A stretch of DNA of 63,286 nt, filler included, from Octopus bimaculoides (GCF_001194135.2; 4 parts of 4 records of this genome joined end to end with filler, not necessarily neighbours in it), one strand, 5' to 3'; counted from the whole stretch's first letter, positions 1 through 12,215 are shown. Made by a program: numbers and translations. The notes: a model not told the origin generated them from the letters alone.

Positions 1-20
1 TATATACATACATACATATA

Positions 21-147
21 CGCGATGGGCTCCTTTCAGTTTCCGTCTACCAAACAACCTGAGGCTATAGAAGACATTTGCCCAAGGTACCGCGCAGTGT
101 GACTGAACCCTGAACCATGTCTTTGGGCAGCAAACTTCTTATCACAG
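21..147 (-). mobile_element. SINE family S2 (TGGCTGTGTGGTAAG-headed tRNA-derived SINE), 5' part
   Basis: Shares TTTCAGTTTCCGTCTACCAAA...GAAGACATTTGCCCAAGG...GACTGAACCC with the copies at 11832-12215 and 24299-24852. Confidence 0.75.
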
Positions 148-225
148 GGTAAAGTTGATTTCACGTAACAGGATTTTGCATTACAGTGAGTTTTTTGAGG
201 TGATGGCGCGTGACTTAGTTGTTTG

Positions 226-440
226 GGTTTTGGACTCATGATTGTAAGATTGCAGTTTCGATTCCTGATCCGGGTGGTGTGTTATGTTCGTGAACAAAAC
301 ACTTCGTTTCACGTTGGTCCATTCCACTCAGCTGTCAAAGATGAGTAATACTGCGACAGACTGGCGTCCAATACAGGTGGGGAATTTATACATCAGAGAA
401 ACCGGGAAACCGGCCCTTATGAGTTTATAGGTATCGGGAA
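226..440 (+). mobile_element. SINE family S3 (CORE-like) fragment
   Basis: B-box-like GTTTCGATTCC, then TGTGTTATGTTCGTGAACAAAACACTTCGTTTCACGTTGGTCCATTCCACTCAGCTG; homologous to 29591-29820. Confidence 0.7.
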
Positions 441-534
441 GGAGTTTTTAAAGATTTTTAGGGAAAGCATTTTATCCGCAACACGGAGGATTCGTCTACA
501 TGATATAAGATGATATATTATATTTAAAGAGAGG

Positions 535-574
<40 letters not shown>

Positions 575-1033
575 GGTTTAGACTTAGATTAGATATAGTA
601 GATTAAAAAAATTCGAAGTTGTGCTCCAGCATGGTCACAATCAAAAGACTAATAATTGCGATTAAGAATGAAGAATATATTGGTTTGTATGAAGGTGTGT
701 ATGTATATTCGTACATATATATGTGTGTGTGTCTATATATATATATACCATATAAGTATGTATGTATATGTATATAAATATCTATATAGTATATATATAT
801 ATATATATATGCGTGAGTGCGTATGTGTGTGTGTGTGTGTGGTTTGATATATATAGACATACACATATAAACACCTAATTTAATATGTGTATACATATAA
901 ATACATACTTTAAAATATAACAATTACACATTGTCCTCTAGTTGTCTAGAGATGATCTTAGGAGGAAACTCATAGCAATATAAAGTCACTGTGTTATACT
1001 GACTGGCTAAACTTGGAACAACACAAGGAATAA

Positions 1034-1078
<45 letters not shown>

Positions 1079-4000
1079 NNNNNNNNNNNNNNNNNNNNNN
1101 NNNNNNNNNNNNNNNNNNNNNNNNNNNNNNNNNNNNNNNNNNNNNNNNNNNNNNNNNNNNNNNNNNNNNNNNNNNNNNNNNNNNNNNNNNNNNNNNNNNN
1201 NNNNNNNNNNNNNNNNNNNNNNNNNNNNNNNNNNNNNNNNNNNNNNNNNNNNNNNNNNNNNNNNNNNNNNNNNNNNNNNNNNNNNNNNNNNNNNNNNNNN
1301 NNNNNNNNNNNNNNNNNNNNNNNNNNNNNNNNNNNNNNNNNNNNNNNNNNNNNNNNNNNNNNNNNNNNNNNNNNNNNNNNNNNNNNNNNNNNNNNNNNNN
1401 NNNNNNNNNNNNNNNNNNNNNNNNNNNNNNNNNNNNNNNNNNNNNNNNNNNNNNNNNNNNNNNNNNNNNNNNNNNNNNNNNNNNNNNNNNNNNNNNNNNN
1501 NNNNNNNNNNNNNNNNNNNNNNNNNNNNNNNNNNNNNNNNNNNNNNNNNNNNNNNNNNNNNNNNNNNNNNNNNNNNNNNNNNNNNNNNNNNNNNNNNNNN
1601 NNNNNNNNNNNNNNNNNNNNNNNNNNNNNNNNNNNNNNNNNNNNNNNNNNNNNNNNNNNNNNNNNNNNNNNNNNNNNNNNNNNNNNNNNNNNNNNNNNNN
1701 NNNNNNNNNNNNNNNNNNNNNNNNNNNNNNNACGTATGTATGCATGTATGTATGTATGTATGTATGGATGGATGGATGGATGTATGTATGCACGTATGTG
1801 TAGATATATACGTTTAAGATATAATGATATAAGTATAAAAAACATTGTAAACATCATACGTATTCTTCTTCCTCTTCTGCTTCTTCTTCTTCTTCTTTTC
1901 TTCTTCTTCTTCTTCTTCTTCTTCTTATCATTATTATTATTATTATTATTATTGTTATTATTATATATAATGCGTATACACACGTACGTATTCACGCAAG
2001 TACGTAACATAATACTAAAGGATCCGAGACTTTACATGTCTTGTTAGCAGAGTAACTCTTTCTCATGCAGCCTCTCTTCTGCCTGTTCATCTTCATTACA
2101 CCCAGATAAACGCTTCCCTGCTGAATCAACGTCCCGACATTGAGTTCTTTAAGAAGCAAGAGAATACAAAACAACGGCAACAATTGAATTTACTTCAAGC
2201 TAACGGGATAAGACGTTTGAATGGGCACTTAATCCGCTAATATAGTGGACCTCAATTGAGGTCCACTTGACACTTGGAGGTCCCTATAAGATTTCGTTGT
2301 TAAAGTTTATGAGCAATAAATTGGTTATACTTCTACTATACACAAGATATTTTAAAAATATACAAATGCTAATAATATTTAATTATAAAATATATAGTAG
2401 GCTCTTTTTTTCCCAAATTGAATGGTTATGACGGTACAGTAGGGCAAAACACGAATCAAAAGGGCTTATATGGAAGAAGTGATTGAGAAATACTGTGCTA
2501 ATATAATAGACAATTTTCGCCCGAATTATTTCTACCATTTTAAAATAAGAATACGTACATATATATANNNNNNNNNNNNNNNNNNNNNNNNNNNNNNNNN
2601 NNNNNNNNNNNNNNNNNNNNNNNNNNNNNNNNNNNNNNNNNNNNNNNNNNNNNNNNNNNNNNNNNNNNNNNNNNNNNNNNNNNNNNNNNNNNNNNNNNNN
2701 NNNNNNNNNNNNNNNNNNNNNNNNNNNNNNNNNNNNNNNNNNNNNNNNNNNNNNNNNNNNNNNNNNNNNNNNNNNNNNNNNNNNNNNNNNNNNNNNNNNN
2801 NNNNNNNNNNNNNNNNNNNNNNNNNNNNNNNNNNNNNNNNNNNNNNNNNNNNNNNNNNNNNNNNNNNNNNNNNNNNNNNNNNNNNNNNNNNNNNNNNNNN
2901 NNNNNNNNNNNNNNNNNNNNNNNNNNNNNNNNNNNNNNNNNNNNNNNNNNNNNNNNNNNNNNNNNNNNNNNNNNNNNNNNNNNNNNNNNNNNNNNNNNNN
3001 NNNNNNNNNNNNNNNNNNNNNNNNNNNNNNNNNNNNNNNNNNNNNNNNNNNNNNNNNNNNNNNNNNNNNNNNNNNNNNNNNNNNNNNNNNNNNNNNNNNN
3101 NNNNNNNNNNNNNNNNNNNNNNNNNNNNNNNNNNNNNNNNNNNNNNNNNNNNNNNNNNNNNNNNNNNNNNNNNNNNNNNNNNNNNNNNNNNNNNNNNNNN
3201 NNNNNNNNNNNNNNNNNNNNNNNNNNNNNNNNNNNNNNNNNNNNNNNNNNNNNNNNNNNNNNNNNNNNNNNNNNNNNNNNNNNNNNNNNNNNNNNNNNNN
3301 NNNNNNNNNNNNNNNNNNNNNNNNNNNNNNNNNNNNNNNNNNNNNNNNNNNNNNNNNNNTATATATATATGAAAACCCTCCTTTATGCAAGTGTTTTGGC
3401 CCTCAATTTCTTACGGTCTAAGAAGGAGCATGGAGCAGAAGGCATGCAAGTCATGACTCCTGGATGTCCTTCTACTGACGCCTTTTCACAACTTAGATAT
3501 CGGAGACTTGCGCATTTAAACCACATAAAGATTTCATATAATTGTTATTCCTCTCCGTTGACGCTATCACAATGATTCACTCAGAGTTACTCCTCTTACC
3601 ATTAAAATACAAAAAGTTGGTCTCCGTGTCTCGCGTGTTTTTATACGAACGGCATAAATGTTATAGATTATTGCCACAATGCGAGGGAGGCAGCGCAAAT
3701 AGACATGTCAATATATACACACAAATACGCATACACAATTACTCGCACTCATATATACACACAAGCATATACATATAAACTTCACAAAATAGGGAGATCA
3801 TTTCCAACACAATTGGGCTAAGCTAATTTCATGTAATACTTGGCGTCAAATCTCTGTCTCTGCTATACAAACTTACCACTTGGTCTAATATATCAACGTT
3901 CCATGAAAGAAATATTTCAAAAATAGATAATAGTTCTAATTTTATTCCAAAATGGCAGCTGTATGTACCAAAATATCATAAGTTTCTATAGAAACGGGAC

Positions 4001-4372
4001 GTTAAATAAGGAAATAATTACGGTAAAAGTATCACTAAGAATATTCGTCAAACTCTCACAGACTTTATTGATAATCTATTTATGTTCCGTTTTAGACGCG
4101 ATTGAAATAGAAATGAGTTTACACAATAACTACTAAAACAGCAGCAAACTGCTTCGCTAACGTAAAATAAGTGCTACACATGAGTAAAGAAGGAAGTTTA
4201 TATGTATTTACTCGACCTTCTATAAATAGTAGCCAAGTCTACACTTAACCATATCCTTACAGAAAGTCTTACATATCGAATGATACACTACATGTGGAAC
4301 GGTTTTGACCATAAACTTTCTTGATGAAAACTGATTTGGCGTTAAACCACAAAAAAAAAAAAAAAAAAAAGA

Positions 4373-4700
4373 AACTCTATTCCGTTGGCTACGAAGACGA
4401 GAATTCCAGTTGATCCGACACAACGGAACAGCCTGCTTGCAAAATTAAAATGCAAGCAAATAAGCAATCCATAGACACGCGTACCATCCAGGCAGTTCAC
4501 AAGAGATTTAGCATGACAGAGGAAGGGACAAGTTTGTCTCTTTGAAATACGTGTATAACCCATTTTTTTGCCAGCGGAGTGGACTGGAACAACGTGAAAT
4601 AAAGAGTGTTGCTCGAGGACATAACGCGTAGCCGGCAATTGAACTCACGACCTTGCAATCGTCAGCTGAATACTGTAACCACTAAGCCATGCGCCTTCAC
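4373..4700 (-). mobile_element. SINE family S3 (CORE-like), near full length
   Basis: Minus strand has A box TGGCTTAGTGG, B box GAGTTCAATT and CORE-like TGTCCTCGAGCAACACT; its ~170-bp tail is shared with 11000-11172. Confidence 0.8.
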
Positions 4701-4749
4701 AAACCACTGCAACAACAGCAAACAAAAACTCCATATAAGGGAGTAACAA

Positions 4750-4968
4750 ATAATCTTTTCTATTCTAGCACAAGGTACAAAATCTTGTGGGAGGGTGCCA
4801 GTGGATTAGATCGACTCCAGTACGCAACTGGTACTTAATTTATCGACCCCCAAAAGGTTGAAATGCAAAATCGACTTCGGTGGAATTTGAACTCAGAACG
4901 TAAAGACAGACGAAATTTCGCTAAGCATTTCACCCGGCGTGCTAACGCTTCTGCCAGCTCACTGCCTT
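4750..4968 (-). mobile_element. SINE family S1 (GGCGAGCTGGCAGAA head; CCTTTCATCCTTTCGGGGTCGATAAATTAAGTACCAG body)
   Basis: Head, GAGTTCAAAT B box, body and tail all match many other copies in the window. Confidence 0.85.
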
Positions 4969-5645
4969 TAAAAAATTTGCCAGGACATATTAATACTCTA
5001 ATGTACTCTAGGTTCAAGGTCCGATATAGGGAATAACAAATATATAAAAGCACAGCAACACATTGAAATGATTTTGCTACATTAGAAAATCAGCTTTTGA
5101 AAAAGTTAGAAAAGGTGTCCGCTTTAGCAAATATCGTGCTGAGAATATTGAAAAATGCTTGGAGAAATTAATAAAAACAAGTGATAATTAAAAAGGAAAT
5201 ATAATTATGTTTTCTATCAGTGGAAAATTGTCCCCATTCAGACAACAATTCACTCATGTCTGAAAAAACAATTCATGAAATTGTCATTTAAAATATTTCA
5301 TTTAACAAAAATGACAAAAAACAACAAAATATTTTTAGTTATTTTGTTGTAAATCAGTTGTATCTAATGAGCTTTCTGCAATCAGGGAGGACAAGGGTCT
5401 TAGTTTTCTTGATTTCGCTTCTTTTTTCTCGTTCCATTTCTTACACAAGCCTTTTCATGTTTTTCCACGTTTTTTTTTAATTATTTTCTTACTGTCCAGC
5501 GCCCTTTTATTTTTTTAAATTTATAACGCATAAACAGAGCCTTAAAGATTGCTTTAAGGTACTTGGCGTACTTTATAAATATACCTGTTCAAGTATCATA
5601 ATAGCATGAAACTATAAGTAGCTCTTTCGGTTGTATATTTAAATT

Positions 5646-5685
<40 letters not shown>

Positions 5686-5918
5686 CAGGGTTGGCCAAAT
5701 ATCACCTGACAGTAAATCAAAAGCATTTAATTTTAAGATTTATTTATGTTTAACAACTGAATGAATTTAATAAAAGCATCTAAATATGAAACATCATGAA
5801 AATTGTTTTAACTGAAGTCCTTCTTGAGCGACACATTTTCCCAAATGAATAAATATAATTGAATATTAAGTAGTTATGGAATTTTGATTTACTGTCGGCT
5901 GACTTTTGACCAACCCTG
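5686..5918. mobile_element. Tc1/mariner-type MITE or deletion derivative, 233 bp
   Basis: 37-bp imperfect TIRs: CAGGGTTGGCCAAATATCACCTGACAGTAAATCAAAA versus reverse complement of right end CAGGGTTGGTCAAAAGTCAGCCGACAGTAAATCAAAA. Internal minus-strand remnant KCVAQEG resembles transposase C-termini. Confidence 0.75.
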
Positions 5919-5989
5919 AATATATATGTATGTATGCATGTATGTATGTATGTACGTACGTATGTATGTGTATGTGTGTGTGTGCGTGT

Positions 5990-6177
5990 GCTTGTGCCCC
6001 GCTACCGCTTGAAAACCGATGCTCGTGTGTTTATGTCGCCGTTCGTCAAAAGAAAGCGATAGAATAAGTTCCAGGCCTTAAAAATGTACTGAGATCCATT
6101 CATTCGACTGAAAATGCTTCAATGCGGTGCCCCAGCATGGCCGAAATCTAATGGCTGAAACAAGTAAAAGATAAATG
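5990..6177 (+). mobile_element. SINE family S2 3' tail
   Basis: After a (TG)n tract: ACCGCTTGAAAACCGATG...GCGGTGCCCCAGCATGGCC...GAAACAAGTAAAAGA. Confidence 0.7.
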
Positions 6178-6568
6178 ATAAGTATAATCGATCACTATTG
6201 GTTTCGACGACGATGTTCCAATTTGATCCATTAACTGAATTGCTGTATAAGTGGTTGAGTATTCCATAGTGTATTGTGATTCTCAGGCACACTCAGCATG
6301 GTATTTTTTGTGTGACAGGGCTGCACCCGTGAATTACAGATTCAATCCATCCGAATGGACATCCACACAGTTTCTGTCTAAATAATTTCAATCACGAAGC
6401 TTAACTTGACATAGGCGATGTTAAAAAAAAAAAAAGAGAACTGCCCGATATACTATGCAGTGGGTTCGAACCTGATTGTGAAGCGAACTTTTTTTATTTA
6501 AACACTTGGCCATTGTGCCAAATGAATATCACGCAATTAAAATGACCACTCAAAATCGTTACAAATAT

Positions 6569-9476
6569 TTGTTTCAAATCTTTGTACAGGACCACCAATT
6601 TCCAGTTGATTACATCGTTCAGTACATGACTGGTACTTATTTTATCGACCCCGGAAAGATGAAAGACAAAGTGGACCTCGATGGAATTTGAACTCAGAAT
6701 GTAAAGACGGACGAAATACTGTTGAGTATTTTTCCCCGGTGTACTTACAATTCAGCCAGCTCGCTCCTTCAAAATCTTTACAAATATAGATGCTTCACGA
6801 TCTCCAAACATACTCTCCTAACGTCTTTCATATAAATATCATTACTAAAAATTCTCAACGAAGTTTAGGATGACGCTTTAAATCCAGTAATAACTTCATT
6901 TCTGCTCTGGACCATGCGCTTGGTGAATGTGAGGAAACTATAAATATAATCCTTTCCACAATAAGTACAAGGCTGAAAATTAGGGAGTGTGGGGAAAGTC
7001 GATTTCATTGAGACCAGTGATTAATTATTATTTATTTCATCGACCCCGAAAGGATGAAAGGCAATGTCGGCCTCGGCAGCATTTGAATGTAATGAGCCAG
7101 AAGGAATGCCACTAAGCACTTTGTCTGGCGCAGTATCATACGCACAAGGCCTGGAATTTTGGGAGAGAGGAACGGTTGATTACATCGAACCCAGTGCTCA
7201 ATCGGTACACTATTTTATCGACCCCGAAAGGACGAAAGGCAAAGCCGACTTCAGCAGAATTTGAACTCAGAACGTAAATACAGACGAAATGTCACAAAGC
7301 ATTTCGCCCGGCGTGCTACCGATTCCGCCAGCTCGCCACTTTACTGCCATTAAAGAATATTTGTTTCAAATTTTGGCACAAGTCCAGCAGTGCCGGGGGA
7401 AGGGACTAATCGATTACTTCGATCTCAGTGCTCAACTAGTTCTTGCTTTATCGAACCCAGAATGGATGAAAGTCAATGTCTACCTCGACGGAATTTGAAT
7501 TCAACTGAGAACGTAAAAACGGATGAAATGCTGCTAAGCATTTCGTCTGGCGTGCAAATAGTTCTATCTGCTCACCGTCTTAAAGTATGAATGTAATGGA
7601 AGCAATGTTTCATATATAATAAATGGTGAACAAATCAGATTCTGTTCTCGAATAAACAAACTGAATATCTAGTTCCTCTTTATCCGTTAAATCTACATGC
7701 AAAGTTCGCTGTAAAGAATCTTACATCAGTCATATAATATTTACAACCTTACTGCGATTGTAAATGTAAAAGTCGCTAAATATTGAGAGTGAAAGACAAC
7801 AGTGAACTAGAAATTCTTGAACTATGTTATTAATAAATGAATTCAGTAGAGCAGTGGAGAAATAGCAAAAGTCCATAGAGCAGCAAATTAAATTCTATCC
7901 TTTGATAGTTTCAGGAAAAATCTCTCAAAGGCAGAAAGGATAAATAATATAAGTAACACCAGTAATATATTAATTTCAAATCTAGCACAAGGTCAGCTAT
8001 TTCGGAGGAGGAGTAAGTCGATTACATCTACCCCAGTGCTCAGCTGGTATTTATCCTATCCACCACGAGAGGATGAAACGTAAAGTCGGAATGCCGTTAA
8101 GCATTTTGCTCGACGTGCTAATGATTCAGCCAGCGCACCGTCTTAACAACACCGGTAATATTCCTTTCTGCTAGGGCGGCGTTAGCATACGGGCCGAAAT
8201 GCTTAGCCGTATTTCATTTGTCTTTAAGTACTGAGTTCAAATTACGTCGAAGTCGACTTTGCTTTCATCCTTTCGAGGTCGATAAATTAAGTACCAATTG
8301 TGTACTGGGGTCGATCTAATCGACTGGACCACTCCCCAACAATTTCGGGCCTTGGGCCTTGAGTAGAAAAGAATATTCCTTTCTACTATTGGGACAGGTC
8401 CTGAAATTTCGGTGCAGTCGTTAAGTCGATTACACTGGCCCAAGTGCCCAACTGGTTCTTATTTTATAGACTCCAAGAAAGGATGAAAGGCAAAATCGAC
8501 CTCAGCAAAATTTGAACTCAGTACGCTGAAGGACGAAATATCGCTAAGCATTTTGCCCGGCGTGCTAACGATTCCGCCAGCTCGCCGACTTAACGACAAC
8601 AGCGGTAATACATTTATTTTTTTATTGCCAGAGGGGACTAAACAAAGAGGGGGACAAACAATGACAGACAAAGGGATTAAGTCGATTACATCGACTCCAG
8701 CAAGTAACAGGTACTTACTTAATAGATTCCGAAAGGATGAAAGGCACAGTCGACCTCGGCGGAATTTGAACTCGGAACATAACGGCAGACGAAATACCGC
8801 AAGCATTTCGCCCAACGTGCTAACAATTCTGCCAGCTCGCCGTCCAATTTAAATATTCTTTTCTACTCTAGGCACAAGGCCCGAAATTTTGGAGGAGGGG
8901 GGGGCCAGTCGCTCCGGTCGATCCCAGCATGCAACTGGTACTTAATTTGGCGACCCGAAAGGATGAAAAGCAAAGTCGACCTCGGCGGAATTTGAACCCA
9001 GAACGTAAAGACAGACGAAATACCGCTAAGCATTTCACCTGGCGTGCTAGCGTTTCTGCCAGCTCGCCGCCTTGAACAGCAGTAATATATTGCAATTAAG
9101 TTCTTGGATTATAGTTTCCATTACTGATTTCAAATTTTGGCACAAGGCCAGTAATTTCGGGGGAAGGGGGTAAGTCTATTAAATCGACTCCAGTAATCAA
9201 CTGGCGCTTATTTTATCGACCTCGGTGGAATTTGAACTCAGAACATAAAGACGGACGAAATGCCGCTAAGCATTCTGCGGTGAGCTGAAAACTCATTAGC
9301 CCGCCGGGCAAAATGTTTAGCGGTATTTTGTCCGTCTTTACACTCTGAGTTTAAAATCCGCCTAAGTCGGCTTTACTTTTCAGTCGATAAAATAAGTACC
9401 AGTTGAGCACTGGGGTCAATGTAATCGACGTACATTCTACCCTGAAATCAGTTGCCTTGAGCCAAAATTTGAAACA
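6569..9476. mobile_element. Cluster of 11 SINE S1 copies (9 minus, 2 plus)
   Basis: Approximate copies: 6569-6770(-), 6950-7140(-), 7141-7340(-), 7355-7585(-), 7972-8146(-), 8174-8375(+), 8376-8590(-), 8612-8845(-), 8853-9073(-), 9125-9275(-), 9278-9476(+). Each carries part or all of the S1 head, B box and body. Confidence 0.85.
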
Positions 9477-10717
9477 GATATTATAAGCTTCACTTATTTC
9501 ATATTTTCGACAAAGCTTTGTTTTCTTTTGGTTATATTGTGAGCGGTTTAATTAAAAATTAGAATAAATTCTACTAAAAATATAATTAGTGAAATGAAAT
9601 CGATGTAGACGACTGTTATCCCTCCTTTACAAAGTCTTATTTCTTTCATATTCTGAAATAAAACAAAAACATAGTCCCACCAAAAGTATAGGTATAACAA
9701 AATTGGGGAGGAATTAACAAGCGCTGTCATTCGGAATATGAAACAAACTGAGCTGAAAGTAAAATTTTTGTTTGTGCGGCCATCTTAACAAGACATTTAC
9801 TGGAAAGTAATATTTGAACGTTCATCATCTTCTACTTTTGCTCTCTCCTACTGTCTTTGGTCACTTACATACACCTCTATCTCTCTTTGTTTCTTTCTAT
9901 AGTTTTAGAGAACCTCACGCTAGAAGCATGTTTTAAAATCTACAGCTTATATCTGGGGAAAAAGGCATTGTAATCTCCTATGTGTCTATCGATAAAAGTA
10001 GGTTCCTCTTGAATATTTAATCATTTAACAGTTTTTACCTCACATGTATCACTCACCAAGGGAATAACTAACGATTTGGCCATGACATGTGACTGTTAAT
10101 TGATTTTCCCCCTCCATTTCTGAACTTTAATTCAATGAATTCCTGTGTGTTTAAGTGTTGCTAATCACGTCGCACGTTGTTAAGTTTCTTCTCCACTCAT
10201 CTTCAATTATTAATGTTCTCAAACCAACGAAAGAACCCTCCACACTATGGCTTGACCTGTGAGACAGACCAGCATCAATATTTCCTTCAAATCATCTTAT
10301 CAAAAAAAAAAAAAAAAAAAANNNNNNNNNNNNNNNNNNNNNNNNNNNNNNNNNNNNNNNNNNNNNNNNNNNNNNNNNNNNNNNNNNNNNNNNNNNNNNN
10401 NNNNNNNNNNNNNNNNNNNNNNNNNNNNNNNNNNNNNNNNNNNNNNNNNNNNNNNNNNNNNNNNNNNNNNNNNNNNNNNNNNNNNNNNNNNNNNNNNNNN
10501 NNNNNNNNNNNNNNNNNNNNNNNNNNNNNNNNNNNNNNNNNNNNNNNNNNNNNNNNNNNNNNNNNNNNNNNNNNNNNNNNNNNNNNNNNNNNNNNNNNNN
10601 NNNNNNNNNNNNNNNNNNNNNNNNNNNNNNNNNNNNNNNNNNNNNNNNNNNNNNNNNNNNNNNNNNNNNNNNNNNNNNNNNNNNNNNNNNNNNNNNNNNN
10701 NNNNNNNNNNNNNNNNN

Positions 10718-10771
<54 letters not shown>

Positions 10772-10899
10772 AAAGAAAGACTGTTAAATCAAGTGAGTAT
10801 AGATGGAGACGTTATGTAGATAAATATGTTTGCATGGAGTTAATCCAGACAGTTATTCCCTTGATAAACAAGAGCAGACCATAAGTTATAGAGCGTAAC

Positions 10900-11172
10900 T
10901 TGCGCGGTTAAACACAGCAAACACCGTGAAGAAATGAGAAACCAGTGGATCCTGAAGTCGCAGATATAAAGGATGGCAAGAATAAGTTCTGCCAGGAACT
11001 CAAAGGGTTAATCTTGTCACATTCTGTGTCACGCTGAATCACACTCAGAATTACATTAAGGGTACGCGTATCTGTGGAGTGCTCAGAGATTTTCACGTTA
11101 ATAACACGAGCCAGCTGTTCCGTTGATCGGATCAACTGCAACCCTCGTCGTCATATCCGACTGAGTGTGCCA
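10900..11172 (+). mobile_element. SINE family S3 3' portion
   Basis: CTTGTCACATTCTGTGTCACGCTGAAT...CTGTTCCGTTGATCGGATCAACTG, homologous to the reverse complement of 4373-4545. Confidence 0.7.
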
Positions 11173-11430
11173 GAGGATGTGGGGGAAATGTGAGCGAGGC
11201 AGAGTTTTCCAGGATATTGCTGTTATGGGGGAGAAATGATAAGATGAATTGTTTAGCAAGAGGTACGGTGATGATCAACGAATGTACGGCGATGACAGAT
11301 TCGGATGGTGAATGCTTTCACCCGGCCTTTTCGTGTCACCTTGATATTGAGTTTTCTACCTGAATTAAGATCTTTCGATAATGAATTTGTTGCTGAAATC
11401 TCTTTATTTGTTGCAGTGTTCACAGGATAC

Positions 11431-11501
11431 TTTTACTTTTACATCTAATTTTCACACCCTACTCCCCCTGCTATATATTGGTGAAGACTATATATTTGTG
11501 C

Positions 11502-11541
<40 letters not shown>

Positions 11542-11588
11542 NNNNNNNNNNNNNNNNNNNNNNNNNNNNNNNNNNNNNNNNNNNNNNN

Positions 11589-11631
<43 letters not shown>

Positions 11632-11703
11632 CGCACAAATATATAGTCTTCACCAATATATAGCAGGTGGAGTAGGGTGTGAAAATTAGATGTAAAAGTA
11701 AAA
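11431..11703. repeat. ~83-bp inverted repeat flanking (TA)n, a gap and (CA)n
   Basis: 11431-11513 is the reverse complement of 11621-11703 with one mismatch. Confidence 0.9.
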
Positions 11704-11831
11704 ACTGGCCCCCTCCTTTTAAATATCCTAGCGATATTAATTTTGTTCTGAGATATACATGTCCCACGTCACTCTAACTACCTGAAATGCAGCGAAACAA
11801 AATTTTTAAAATGATTATAGATGAATAGGTG

Positions 11832-12215
11832 CTGGTATGGCTTTGCGGTAAGAAGTTTGTTGCTGAAGAACATGGCTAGCGGTTCACTTTGGACAAGTTT
11901 ATTCTACTATAGCCCCGGAGTAACCAAAGCTTTGTGAGTGGATTTGTTAGACGGAAACTGAAAGAAACCCGTCGTAAATATGTGTGTGTGTGTTAGTGCG
12001 TGGTATTTAGTGTCCTTTCACCACCGCTTGATAAAAGATGTTGGTGTATTAACCTCACCGTAACTTAGCAGTTCGGCAAAAGAAGGCGATAATATAAGTA
12101 CCAGGTTTTTAAAATATATATAACTACTGGGGTCGAAACAGTTGACTAAAAATTCTTCAAATTGGTGTTCCAGCATAGCCGCAATCTCATGAATAAAAAC
12201 AAGTAAAAAATAAAT
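11832..12215 (+). mobile_element. SINE family S2, near full length with internal (TG)n
   Basis: Head TGGCTTTGCGGTAAGAAG, body GTGAGTGGATTTGTTAGACGGAAACTGAAAGAAACCCGTCG, tail CCAGCATAGCCGC...AACAAGTAAAA. Confidence 0.8.

Noticed and set aside
7954-9091. Recurring ~17-bp motif with intervening sequence, superficially CRISPR-like
   Set aside because: The intervening sequences are 200-450-bp SINE copies, the repeats are short and imperfect, there are no cas genes and the context is eukaryotic. Target-site duplication explains it.
11173-11363. Cys-rich open frame and YGDD repeats suggesting a neuropeptide or EGF-like exon
   Set aside because: Several frames on both strands look equally plausible, part of the frame is SINE-derived, and no motif is complete.
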